Shown here one piece after another: positions 53,588-63,218 of a DNA stretch of 64,000 nucleotides. The notes beneath the pieces were generated by a model. The model saw only the letters and a list, made by a program, of their open reading frames with translations. It was not told the DNA's origin and made no database searches. A program made the position numbers and the translations under genes. Every line of letters begins with the position of its first letter. Position 1 is the stretch's first letter. Origin of the DNA: Rhodoluna sp. Its GTDB lineage: Bacteria > Actinomycetota > Actinomycetes > Actinomycetales > Microbacteriaceae. Location of the stretch: assembly GCA_040402475.1 (NCBI GenBank), contig JBBAMM010000003.1, positions 4,652 through 68,651 on the forward strand, written 5' to 3'.

Positions 53588-54037
53588 GCCGCTAAGTATC
53601 TCAACCACAATCACTGCGTTAGCTTCAACTTCGTGACGTTCACGCACTTTGCAAATAAGCACAGCGTTAACTTGATTGAAGATTGGAAGTTTTGTGGTTG
53701 GTTCCACAAACCAGTCGTCGTCTAAGAATCTTTTGGTGTGATCTTGAGACATTTTCTTAGCTAATTCAAGTGAACCTTCGTTCAGCATTTGGATTGCTAC
53801 GAACTCAGCAGAACTTAGTGCCGGCCAGCTGCTTGCGCCTCTAGCAACGTTGAAGGTTGCTAGGGCAGGCTCAGACCCCAAAGAAGTAACTGAAGTGGCT
53901 GTGAAGCCGACAGGGCTTCCTGAAGCATCGTTGAGAGTGATAATGCAGACACCAGATGCATGTCTTCTAAATGCTTGTTTCAGACTCTCGGTTGGATCAT
54001 TGATCTCTTGCACGATATAACTTTCTTCTAAGTTCAA
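53513..54037 (-). CDS. Flavin reductase-like protein
   Basis: FRRHASGV..IT, GFTATSVTSL..EP, LLY...GY. Confidence 0.88.
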   Translation of the reverse strand: MNLEESYIVQEINDPTESLKQAFRRHASGVCIITLNDASGSPVGFTATSVTSLGSEPALATFNVARGASSWPALSSAEFVAIQMLNEGSLELAKKMSQDHTKRFLDDDWFVEPTTKLPIFNQVNAVLICKVRERHEVEANAVIVVEILSGLLAEELPSLLYHHRGYVVPGERLS

Positions 54038-54107
54038 ACCAAGGCTAACTTACCTTTCCGACCGCTGAACCAGTAGATGTAATTTATTCACCTAAAATGG
54101 ATAAAAA

Positions 54108-55433
54108 ATGGCAGGAACAAACATGGCAGAACTCATTCGATTACTTGATCTCAGCGGTCATGTTATTTCTGCTGAACTCGTAAGCAAAGAGTTACCAAGA
54201 GCTGCCATCGATATCGATTCAGCACTTGAACAAATTCGCCCGTTAGTTGAACAAATCAGAAACGGTGGGGCAGAGGCTTTGGTCTCGATTGCTCACAAAT
54301 TTGATGGCATTGACATCAACCCAATCAAAGCCACTTCCGAAGAACTTGCCAATGCTCTCAGTTCACTAGAACCAAGCCTTCGAACTTCTCTAGAGGTCGC
54401 TATTGAACGAGTTCGCAAAGTAACTGAACAGGCAAAACCAAAGTCTTTTACAGCTGAGCTAGCCGATGGAGCTGAAGTTCAACAGAGGTATCAACCGATT
54501 GACTCGGTTGGCTTATATGTTCCTGGTGGCAAAGCCGTGTATCCATCGAGTGTGATCATGAATGTTGTTCCAGCTCAGATAGCTGGGGTCAAAAAGCTTG
54601 CTATCGCGACACCTGGCCAAAAGGAGTTCGGGGGCAGGGCTCACCCAACTGTTTTGGCAACAGCAGCTCTACTTGGGGTCGAAGACGTTTATGTTATTGG
54701 CGGTCCGGCGGCAGTAATCGCCTTTGCCTTCGGGATTCCAGAAATAGGGCTAGAACCGGTGAATTTGGTTACTGGACCAGGAAATCTATACGTGGCGGCT
54801 GCTAAGAGGCTTCTTAGGGGAGTTATAGCCATAGATTCTGAGGCTGGGCCAACCGAAGTGATGGTCATTGCCGATTCCAGTGCTAATCCTGACTTTGTTG
54901 CTGCAGATCTGATTTCTCAGGCTGAACACGACGAATTCGCTGCCGCCGTTTTGCTTACCGATTCGTTGGAATTTGCTGAACAGGTAAGGTCCGCTATGGC
55001 TAGTCAAGTGGCTGAAACCAGCAATAAAGCTAGGGTTTTAGCGGCTCTTTCAGGCCAACAGAGCGCCATTGTTCTAGTTTCGGACCTAAAGCAAGCTGCT
55101 CAAATAGCTGATTTCTATGCCACTGAGCACTTGGAGCTCCAAACAAGCTCAAATGATCATCTTTTAGGTCAAATTAGTAATGCCGGCGCAATTTTTGTTG
55201 GGGATTTCTCGCCAGTTTCTTTAGGCGACTACCTGGCAGGGTCTAATCACGTGCTTCCTACAGGGGGACAGGCCAGATTTGGCTCAGGATTAGGCGTTCA
55301 CACATTTCTAAGGCCTCAACAGGTCATCAAATACAGCAAATCAGCCTTGTCAGAGGTGGCAAATAATGTTGTCTCTATCGCTGATTCAGAGGGTTTGCAA
55401 GCCCATGGAGATGCGATCCGCGCTCGTTTCTAA
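54108..55433 (+). CDS. hisD: Histidinol dehydrogenase
   Basis: GLYVPGG, GPGN.YV, AGPTE, QAEHD, EHL, GDYLAGSNHVLPT. Confidence 0.97.
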   Translation: MAGTNMAELIRLLDLSGHVISAELVSKELPRAAIDIDSALEQIRPLVEQIRNGGAEALVSIAHKFDGIDINPIKATSEELANALSSLEPSLRTSLEVAIERVRKVTEQAKPKSFTAELADGAEVQQRYQPIDSVGLYVPGGKAVYPSSVIMNVVPAQIAGVKKLAIATPGQKEFGGRAHPTVLATAALLGVEDVYVIGGPAAVIAFAFGIPEIGLEPVNLVTGPGNLYVAAAKRLLRGVIAIDSEAGPTEVMVIADSSANPDFVAADLISQAEHDEFAAAVLLTDSLEFAEQVRSAMASQVAETSNKARVLAALSGQQSAIVLVSDLKQAAQIADFYATEHLELQTSSNDHLLGQISNAGAIFVGDFSPVSLGDYLAGSNHVLPTGGQARFGSGLGVHTFLRPQQVIKYSKSALSEVANNVVSIADSEGLQAHGDAIRARF

Positions 55434-55566
55434 GGTAAATCTTTGTGTTTAGTTGATAACAGAAAGGTTAAATCTTTGGTTGAAGGTTATGGTTTGCAAA
55501 GCAAAATCCGCGTGTTTATAGGCAACACGCCGACAACAAAGATAATTTGCTTCAAAGGCGATGAAA

Positions 55567-55613
55567 CCACAAGATATAGGGACGGAGAAGTGAAATATCA
55601 CCACATCTTGTGT
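55567..55613. promoter_or_regulatory. Tandem NrdR boxes
   Basis: CCACAAGATATAGGGA (55567-55582) and TCACCACATCTTGTGT (55598-55613) match acaCwAtATaTwGtgt with 31-bp spacing. Confidence 0.88.
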
Positions 55614-55669
55614 GTATAGTTGATTTCTCTTGAGTGAAATTATCGTGAATTAACCCGAAAGGAGTCAGC

Positions 55670-56140
55670 ATGCACTGTCCATTTTGTCGCTATGAAGACT
55701 CTAGGGTTATGGATTCTAGGACTTCAGACGATGGATCTTCGATTCGTCGCCGCAGACAGTGCCCAGAGTGCGGAGCTCGCTTTTCAACTACTGAGACTTC
55801 AAGCCTTTCAGTAGTAAAAAGAGGGGGCACAACCGAGCCATTTAGCCGCGACAAAATCGCAAATGGTGTCAGAAAAGCTTGTCAGGGAAGGCCCGTTACC
55901 GAGTCAGATCTAGCAATGTTGGCTCAAACGGTCGAAGAGACCATCAGAGCTACCGGAGCAGCCCAAGTTGAGGCTCAAGAGGTTGGTTTAGCCATCCTTG
56001 AGCCACTTAGGAAGCTCGATGAGGTGGCTTTCATGAGATTTGCCAGTGTTTACCAGGGTTGGGAGACACTAGAGGATTTCGAAGCAGCAATAGCAGTGCT
56101 CAAAGTTGAGCGCGAAAACCAGGTTTCGCAGTCGGTTTAA
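55670..56140 (+). CDS. nrdR: Transcriptional repressor NrdR
   Basis: [19 protein letters not shown] cone, RFASVY. Confidence 0.97.
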   Translation: MHCPFCRYEDSRVMDSRTSDDGSSIRRRRQCPECGARFSTTETSSLSVVKRGGTTEPFSRDKIANGVRKACQGRPVTESDLAMLAQTVEETIRATGAAQVEAQEVGLAILEPLRKLDEVAFMRFASVYQGWETLEDFEAAIAVLKVERENQVSQSV

Positions 56141-56190
56141 CCGAAGGCGATCACAAAACATAAAAGTTAAAAACGAAAGAAAGGCAACAA

Positions 56191-59034
56191 ATGACCGATA
56201 CATCGGCTTACACCGACGCCGGTGCAGCTAGTCAGGGGCGTAAAGGGCTCAAGATCGAGCGCATCTATACAACTGAAGGCGTTCACCCTTACGAACAAGT
56301 CAACTGGGAATACCGTGACGTAGTTCAGACCAACTGGAAGACCGGCGAGACCATCTTCGAGCAGCGCGGGGCAGAATTCCCTGAGTTCTGGAGCCTAAAC
56401 GCTTCAACAATCGTTACCACTAAGTACTTCCGTGGTGCATTGGGAACTGCTGCTCGTGAATTTAGCCTTCGTCAGCTAATCGACAGAGTTGTCCTTACCT
56501 ACACAAAGGGTGGCCGTGACCACGGTTACTTCGCATCTGAAGAAGACGCGACCATTTTTGAGCACGAACTAACCTTCATGCTGCTAAACCAGGTCTTCTC
56601 ATTCAACTCACCAGTTTGGTTCAACGTAGGTACCTCAAGCCCGCAGCAGGTTTCAGCTTGTTTCATCTTGTCGGTAGATGACTCAATGGAATCAATTCTT
56701 AACTGGTACCGCGAAGAAGGAATGATCTTCAAGGGTGGATCAGGTGCAGGTCTTAACTTGTCACGCATCCGTTCATCGAAGGAACTTCTTCGTTCTTCTG
56801 GTGGTTCAGCTTCAGGTCCTGTTTCATTCATGCGTGGTGCAGATGCATCTGCAGGAACTATCAAGTCTGGTGGTGCGACTCGTCGTGCAGCAAAGATGGT
56901 TGTTCTTGATGTTGATCACCCAGACATTGAAGAATTCATTGACACTAAGGCACGTGAAGAAGACAAGATCCGCGTATTGCGTGATGCTGGTTACGACATG
57001 GAGCTCGGTGGCAAGGACATCAACTCTGTTCAGTACCAGAACGCAAACAACTCAGTTCGTGTGAATGAAGAATTCATGACTGCTGTTGAGCGTGGAACCA
57101 AGTTTGGTCTTCGTGCACGCACCAACGGTGAAGTTATCGAAGAAGTTGACGCTCTAGAGCTTTGGGACAAGTTTGCGCAAGCAGCTTGGGCATGTGCTGA
57201 CCCTGGCATCCAGTACGACGACATCATCAACGACTGGCACACCACTCCAGAGTCAGGTCGCATCACAGCATCTAACCCATGTTCTGAATACATGCACCTA
57301 GACAACTCTTCATGTAACTTGGCTAGCTTGAACCTGTTGAAGTTCTTGAACCCAGACGGTTCATTCGATAGCGAGAAGTTCACTAAGGCTTCAGAGCTAA
57401 TCATCACAGCTATGGATATCTCGATCTGTTTCGCAGACTTCCCAACTGAGAAGATTGGTGAAACCACTCGTGCATTCCGTCAGCTAGGTATTGGTTATGC
57501 AAACCTAGGCGCGTTGTTGATGGCTATCGGCCTTCCATACGACAGCACCGAAGGTCAGGCATTGGCAGCAGCTATCACATCATTGATGTCTGCAGCTTCA
57601 TACCGTCGTTCAGCAGAACTTGCTGGTGTTGTTGGAACCTACGATGGTTACGCACACAACAAGACTGGTCACGACCGCATTATGCGTAAGCACGAAGCTG
57701 CTAACGCTACCTTGCGTGCAATCACCGAAGTTGACCGTTCAGTTCTAGAAGCTGCTACACGTCAGTGGGCATTGAACACTGAAATCGGTTCACGTAACGG
57801 TTGGAGAAACTCACAGGCTTCATTGCTAGCTCCTACTGGAACTATCGGTTTCATGATGGACTGTGACACTACCGGTATCGAACCAGACTTCTCATTGGTG
57901 AAATACAAGAAGCTATCAACTGGTGGTTCAATGCAGATTGTTAACCAGACAATTCCATTCGCATTGCACCGTCTTGGTTACTCTCAGGAGACCATCGAGG
58001 CAATCATTGATCACATCAGCACTAACGGACACGTTGTAGATGCACCTGGGCTCAAGCAAGAGCACTACGCAATCTTCGACACCGCTGTTGGTATTCGTGC
58101 GATTGAGCCAATGGGTCACGTTCGTATGATGGCAGCTGTTCAGCCATTCCTATCAGGAGCGATCTCAAAGACTGTCAACATGCCAGAAACAGCAACTGTT
58201 GAAGAAGTCAAGGAGATTTACTTCCAGGGTTGGAAGATGGGTCTAAAGGCTCTAGCTATCTACCGCGACAACTGTAAGGTTGGTCAGCCTCTAAGCGATG
58301 CTAAGGCTAAGACTGAGACCAAGCCAGCTGCTGGTAAGCCAGAAACTGCTTTGTCACACCCAGTGCGTAAGCGTCTACCTAAGTCACGTCCTTCATCAAC
58401 CACTTCATTCACTGTTGGTGGCGCAGAAGGTTACATGACTGCAGGAACCTATCCTGATGGTGTTCTTGGTGAAGTATTCCTAAAGCTTGGTAAGCAGGGT
58501 TCAACTCTTGCCGGTGTTATGGATGCATTCTCAATCGCTGTTTCGATCGGTCTTCAGTACGGTGTTCCACTAGAGACCTACGTACAGAAGTTCACCAACG
58601 TTTCATTCGAACCAGCAGGTTTGACTGACGATGCTGACATCCGTATGGCCAAGTCATTGATGGACTACATCTTCCGTCGTCTAGCAATTGACTACTTACC
58701 AACTGAAACTCGTCAGGCTTTGGGAATCAACACCTCAGCTGAGCGTTCAGCAGCACTTGATGCAGCAGGTTCATACCCAGCAATTGCTGAGTCACCTGTT
58801 GCAGCAGCTGCCGAAGTTGTTGAAGAAGTAGCCGCAGCTCCAGTAGTCATCGAACTAAAGGTTGAAGAAGTGAAGGCAGAACCACGCCAGGTTCACTCAT
58901 CAGCTGAATTGTTCGAAATGCTTCAGGGAACCGAATCTGACGCTCCACTATGTTTCAACTGTGGAATCAAGATGAGACCTTCTGGTTCATGTCACGTCTG
59001 CGAAGGCTGTGGATCAACCAGCGGTTGCAGCTAA
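56191..59034 (+). CDS. nrdJ: Class II (adenosylcobalamin-dependent) ribonucleotide reductase
   Basis: FNSPVWFN, SACFI, NPCSE, CNLAS, APTGT, SGAISKT, TSCPD domain, C-terminal CxxC-CxxC. Confidence 0.96.
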   Translation: MTDTSAYTDAGAASQGRKGLKIERIYTTEGVHPYEQVNWEYRDVVQTNWKTGETIFEQRGAEFPEFWSLNASTIVTTKYFRGALGTAAREFSLRQLIDRVVLTYTKGGRDHGYFASEEDATIFEHELTFMLLNQVFSFNSPVWFNVGTSSPQQVSACFILSVDDSMESILNWYREEGMIFKGGSGAGLNLSRIRSSKELLRSSGGSASGPVSFMRGADASAGTIKSGGATRRAAKMVVLDVDHPDIEEFIDTKAREEDKIRVLRDAGYDMELGGKDINSVQYQNANNSVRVNEEFMTAVERGTKFGLRARTNGEVIEEVDALELWDKFAQAAWACADPGIQYDDIINDWHTTPESGRITASNPCSEYMHLDNSSCNLASLNLLKFLNPDGSFDSEKFTKASELIITAMDISICFADFPTEKIGETTRAFRQLGIGYANLGALLMAIGLPYDSTEGQALAAAITSLMSAASYRRSAELAGVVGTYDGYAHNKTGHDRIMRKHEAANATLRAITEVDRSVLEAATRQWALNTEIGSRNGWRNSQASLLAPTGTIGFMMDCDTTGIEPDFSLVKYKKLSTGGSMQIVNQTIPFALHRLGYSQETIEAIIDHISTNGHVVDAPGLKQEHYAIFDTAVGIRAIEPMGHVRMMAAVQPFLSGAISKTVNMPETATVEEVKEIYFQGWKMGLKALAIYRDNCKVGQPLSDAKAKTETKPAAGKPETALSHPVRKRLPKSRPSSTTSFTVGGAEGYMTAGTYPDGVLGEVFLKLGKQGSTLAGVMDAFSIAVSIGLQYGVPLETYVQKFTNVSFEPAGLTDDADIRMAKSLMDYIFRRLAIDYLPTETRQALGINTSAERSAALDAAGSYPAIAESPVAAAAEVVEEVAAAPVVIELKVEEVKAEPRQVHSSAELFEMLQGTESDAPLCFNCGIKMRPSGSCHVCEGCGSTSGCS

Positions 59035-59050
59035 AGAACTAAAAGAATTT

Positions 59051-59087
59051 GGGTCGGCTTCATTAATTTGAGGCCGACCCTTTTCTT
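59051..59087 (+). terminator. Intrinsic terminator after nrdJ
   Basis: GGGTCGGCTTCA-loop-TGAGGCCGACCC followed by TTTTCTT. Confidence 0.9.
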
Positions 59088-59126
59088 AAATCCAAAATCA
59101 CGGAATTGAAAAGGTAGCCTAGGTAA

Positions 59127-60131
59127 GTGCTTTACTCTCTAGCTTTCAAACTCTTCTTATCCAGATTGGATCCAGAGGACGCCCATCACTTGGGTATGTT
59201 TGCTATTCGGTTGGCGTCCAGTCTTAGATTGACCAAGTTATTGCCAAAAATTAGGAGTGCAAGTGTCTCTGCTTTTGGTTTAACCTTCAATGCGCCTTTT
59301 GGTTTGGCGGCAGGTTTCGATAAGAATGCTATAGCTGTGAGAGCTTTGGGGGAGTTGGGGTTCTCACACGTTGAAGTTGGAACTGTAACGGCAATACCTC
59401 AAGACGGTAACGAAACACCAAGACTCTTTAGATTGAAAGCTGATCGAGCTTTGATCAACCGAATGGGGTTCAACAACGATGGGGCAGTGGTAGTTGCTAA
59501 GCGTCTTGAAAAACTAAGAGCAAGTAAACAGAAGCTACCAATTATCGGGGTGAACATTGGTAAGTCTCGAGTTGTTGAAGTTGAAGATGCTGTTTCGGAT
59601 TACGAAACTAGCGCACGATTACTTGCTCCATTTGCTGACTATCTTGCGGTAAATGTTTCCTCACCAAATACTCCTGGATTACGCTCACTGCAATCAGTTG
59701 AAGCGCTAAAGCCAATTCTGGAAGCAGTACTAGCTCAAGCAAAGGGTAAGCCGGTGCTGGTGAAGATTGCTCCAGATTTAGCCGATGACGATGTTGTTGC
59801 AGTAGCCAACCTTGCTAAGAAGTTAGGTCTTGCCGGAGTAATCGCAACAAACACAACTATTTCTCGTGCTGGATTGAAGACGGCTAGTCCAAAGGTAGAA
59901 GCAATGGGTGCTGGTGGTTTATCTGGAGCGCCTGTGAACTCTAGATCTCTTGAGGTTCTTCGTCTGCTCAAGAAAACTCTGGGTGATGATTTAGCTATTG
60001 TCTCGGTTGGCGGAGTTGAAACTAAAGAACAGGTTCTCGAAAGAATGAAAGCCGGCGCAACCCTTGTTCAGGGTTACACCGGCTTCATATACTTCGGCCC
60101 ACTTTGGGCTAGAAAACTAAATCGAATTTAG
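59127..60131 (+). CDS. pyrD: Quinone-dependent dihydroorotate dehydrogenase
   Basis: AAGFDKN, NRMGFNN, NVSSPNTPGLR, KIAPD, GGLSG. Confidence 0.96.
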   Translation: MLYSLAFKLFLSRLDPEDAHHLGMFAIRLASSLRLTKLLPKIRSASVSAFGLTFNAPFGLAAGFDKNAIAVRALGELGFSHVEVGTVTAIPQDGNETPRLFRLKADRALINRMGFNNDGAVVVAKRLEKLRASKQKLPIIGVNIGKSRVVEVEDAVSDYETSARLLAPFADYLAVNVSSPNTPGLRSLQSVEALKPILEAVLAQAKGKPVLVKIAPDLADDDVVAVANLAKKLGLAGVIATNTTISRAGLKTASPKVEAMGAGGLSGAPVNSRSLEVLRLLKKTLGDDLAIVSVGGVETKEQVLERMKAGATLVQGYTGFIYFGPLWARKLNRI

Positions 60132-61129
60132 ACGAGTCTAGTTTCTGGAGCTTTAGTTTCGCTTGGATCTGTAACTGCGATTGGTGCAAACAGTTCATCA
60201 ACCTTCTTCATAATCTCAGCAGGAATCTCAACACCAACGGCACCAAGGTTGCTTGTGATCTGTTCTGGTGTTGTTGCTCCAACAATTGCGCTTGAAACAT
60301 TCTTGTTCTGCAATACCCAAGCCAAAGAGAACTGAGCCATGGTGATACCAAGTTCATCTGCCATTGGCTTTAGTTGCTGAACTCGAGTTAGCACGTCATC
60401 AGTTAGAAGCTTCTGAATGAAACCATTTACCTTTTCATTAGCTGCTCTTGAGTTTGCTGGAACTGGTTGACCTGGCAGGTACTTACCGGTTAGCACACCT
60501 TGAGCCATCGGTGACCAGACAATCTGGCTAACACCTAGTTCTTCACATGCTGGGATAACTTCAGCTTCAATTACACGCCACAGCATTGAGTACTGAGGCT
60601 GGCTTGAAATAAGTTGAAAACCCATCTCTTTAGCTAGCTTGTGACCTGCTCTGATCTGCTCAGCGTTCCACTCTGAAACACCGATGTATAGCGCTTTGCC
60701 TTGACGAACAATGTCAGCAAAGGCCTGCATGGTTTCTTCCAGGGGAGTCTCAACGTCGTATCGGTGAGCCTGATAAAGATCTACGTAATCCATTTGTAAA
60801 CGCTTCAGAGAGCCATTGATGGATTCCATGATGTGTTTGCGAGAAAGACCTGTGTCGTTAGGAAGTTTTCCAGCTACCGGCCAATAAACCTTTGTGAAAA
60901 CCTCGATGCCTTCACGTCTTTCACCTTTGAGTGCATCACCTAAAACTACTTCAGCTGCTTGATTCGCATAAACATCTGCGGTGTCAAAAGAGGTAATTCC
61001 ACCTTCAAGAGCAGCCTTCACAGTTGCGTAAGCAGCTTCATTTTCAATTTGTGTTGCGTGGGTAAGCCAGTTACCGTAAACCAGTTCGCTGACTTTGAAG
61101 CCACTGTTACCTAGGTAGCGATATTTCAC
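60128..61129 (-). CDS. Aldo/keto reductase (Kv-beta/YghZ-like)
   Basis: FDTADVY, FTK, YQAH, IGVSEW, WSPMAQGVL. Confidence 0.93.
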   Translation of the reverse strand: MKYRYLGNSGFKVSELVYGNWLTHATQIENEAAYATVKAALEGGITSFDTADVYANQAAEVVLGDALKGERREGIEVFTKVYWPVAGKLPNDTGLSRKHIMESINGSLKRLQMDYVDLYQAHRYDVETPLEETMQAFADIVRQGKALYIGVSEWNAEQIRAGHKLAKEMGFQLISSQPQYSMLWRVIEAEVIPACEELGVSQIVWSPMAQGVLTGKYLPGQPVPANSRAANEKVNGFIQKLLTDDVLTRVQQLKPMADELGITMAQFSLAWVLQNKNVSSAIVGATTPEQITSNLGAVGVEIPAEIMKKVDELFAPIAVTDPSETKAPETRLV

Positions 61130-61160
61130 TTTAATCTCCTAATTTTGTATTGCTTTGATG

Positions 61161-62549
61161 CTAGCGGATAAGTTCGCGAGCAATTTCTTGCACGCGTTTG
61201 TGTAAGGTTGGCACCCAAGTCTCGTGTTCTGGTTTCATCAAAACGCTTCTGAGAATTCTCGCATTCGTTGCATCTTCGTTTAGCGAAATGCCTCGTGCCC
61301 GAAGCTGTTCAGGCTTTACGACATAGGTAGCTAAATGGATTTGCTGTTCCCTCGATCCTGCACCTGCTTGAACCAAGATCTCATGAGATACGTAATCAAG
61401 TTTTGAAAGCGAATCGACTATTGGGAGATAAGTCAAAATATCTAGCTCAGGTTTTTGGTAAGGCATCAAGGAATCTGATGTTAGAAGTAAGTCATGCCAG
61501 TTTTTAGCCGCATTTCTAGTCGGAATTAACACAGAACCTAAACCTTGCTCGGTTAGCGGGAAGATTTGTAAGGTTGCCCAGATAGCTGCAGCTGATGCTC
61601 CTGCTCTGGAGCATTCAAGTTGGATTTCCCCGAAATGCAAATCATCAGAGATGAAGTATGTGTAAGGGGAGTCATGCTTATAGAACTTTCCGATTGAAAG
61701 ATCTTTGAAGAAAACTGCTCCGCTACCGTATGGCTGAAGACCGTGCTTGTGTGGATCAACAACTATTGAATCGGCATCTTTTAGAGCTGCATAATGTCTG
61801 GCGGTTTCAGGTTCAAGGTGGTTCTCTGCGATCAGCTTGAAGAAGCCTCCATAGGCTGTGTCGACGTGTACTCGAGCATCGTATTTTCTAGCCAATGCGA
61901 TGATGTCCGCCAAAGGATCAACTGCGCCTAGACCAGTCGTTCCCATGGTTGCCACTATTGTTCCGATGTCACCGTTCTTGAGTTCTCTCTCAAGACCATC
62001 GATCGACATGCGACCATCGGCTTCAGTCGGTATTGAAACATTTGTGGTTCCAAGAACTTCAGACATTCTGGAGTGGGTGTAGTGAGCGTCAGCTGAGTGA
62101 GCAATCTTTTTTGTTGGTTGTAACTCTCGTGCAATCCAAAGCGCTTCGAGGTTAGCTGTCGTACCACTCCAGGTTAGATGGCCTAAGAATTCCTCGGGAT
62201 ACTCAAACATCTCTGCCATCTGCTTTAGAACATCACGTTCCATTTGAGTGGTGGCAGGGGAGGCATCAATGGAATGGTTATTGGGATTTAGCATCATGGT
62301 TGCTAAATATGCTGCCACGGCAACTGGGTGCGGCGCTTTGAGCATTTGCGCCGCATAGTTTGGGTGGAAGTAAGGGAAGTTATCCTCTAATCGGTCAGTG
62401 AGTTCTTTGAGAACAGCTGAAACTTTGGCTTGATCTGAGCGAACACTTTGATGTGTCTCAAATTCCCCGTAAGTATTTTTGAGCGATTCGATTGCACCAA
62501 CGACCTGAGTTATGAGTTCAGGTAAGTCCAAATTATCTTTATTCGCCAC
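61161..62549 (-). CDS. Group II PLP-dependent amino acid decarboxylase
   Basis: SGTTANLEAL, AHYT, GTTGLGAVDP, HVDTAYGG, DPHK (PLP lysine); RBS AAGGAG. Confidence 0.88.
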   Translation of the reverse strand: MANKDNLDLPELITQVVGAIESLKNTYGEFETHQSVRSDQAKVSAVLKELTDRLEDNFPYFHPNYAAQMLKAPHPVAVAAYLATMMLNPNNHSIDASPATTQMERDVLKQMAEMFEYPEEFLGHLTWSGTTANLEALWIARELQPTKKIAHSADAHYTHSRMSEVLGTTNVSIPTEADGRMSIDGLERELKNGDIGTIVATMGTTGLGAVDPLADIIALARKYDARVHVDTAYGGFFKLIAENHLEPETARHYAALKDADSIVVDPHKHGLQPYGSGAVFFKDLSIGKFYKHDSPYTYFISDDLHFGEIQLECSRAGASAAAIWATLQIFPLTEQGLGSVLIPTRNAAKNWHDLLLTSDSLMPYQKPELDILTYLPIVDSLSKLDYVSHEILVQAGAGSREQQIHLATYVVKPEQLRARGISLNEDATNARILRSVLMKPEHETWVPTLHKRVQEIARELIR

Positions 62550-62626
62550 AGCTAACTCCTTTGTGAACTTGTGGTTCGCTTTCGCTGAAAAGCCTTTTGG
62601 GTTTTTCAGAAAATTATGAGATAAAT

Positions 62627-63175
62627 CTATTTAGTCTTTCTTCTTGGCGCAGGCTTAGGAATTCTAAGTGGGCGCGGTTGCATACCTCTAGTGAAGGTAT
62701 AGAACCAGGTACCTTTTTGAAGCTTGGTGTCAGCACCAAGTTTTTCTTTCACTCGGGACTTGATGATTCTGTGTAGCAGTGAAACTTCGATTGTGACGGT
62801 AATCAAAGCAATGATCATCACAAGTGTGATGATGTTTTTCACAGAGTCGCTAGTGGCAGAGGTAATAAGAAGGAAGAGCACCATCAAAGGCATCAAGCCT
62901 TCGATCAATGTGTAACGGTTATCGATTACATCTCTAGCAAGTCTTCGCTGTGGGCCACGGTCACGACCTAGTAAGTATTTTTCTTCACCAGAGAGCATGG
63001 CTTGACGGACCTTTAGTCGGTCTTCGCGCTGCTTTGCTCTAGCTGCAACCATGGCTTCTTTGCTCTTGTTACCAACAAGCGGCTTGAGGTTAGCAGCTTC
63101 ACGTTCTTTACGGGTTGGGGTAGGGCGACCTTTGCCGGAACTTTTCGTTACTGATTCTTTGTCTTGGTCGCTCAT
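62627..63175 (-). CDS. DUF3043 membrane protein
   Basis: GKGRPTPTRKE, RDRGPQR, two TM helices, R.LR.PKP. Confidence 0.9.
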   Translation of the reverse strand: MSDQDKESVTKSSGKGRPTPTRKEREAANLKPLVGNKSKEAMVAARAKQREDRLKVRQAMLSGEEKYLLGRDRGPQRRLARDVIDNRYTLIEGLMPLMVLFLLITSATSDSVKNIITLVMIIALITVTIEVSLLHRIIKSRVKEKLGADTKLQKGTWFYTFTRGMQPRPLRIPKPAPRRKTK

Positions 63176-63218
63176 TTATGTCCTTAGTTTTCACGTGGTT
63201 TTGATTTAGATTACTCTC

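Noticed and set aside
55434-55669. Cobalamin riboswitch upstream of nrdR-nrdJ
   Set aside because: No recognisable B12 box or GGGAA/GCCACTG core; AT-rich and partly explained by NrdR boxes
62600-62626. dif-like site (TTATGAGATAAAT)
   Set aside because: Poor match to the XerD arm TTATGTTAAAT and no XerC arm
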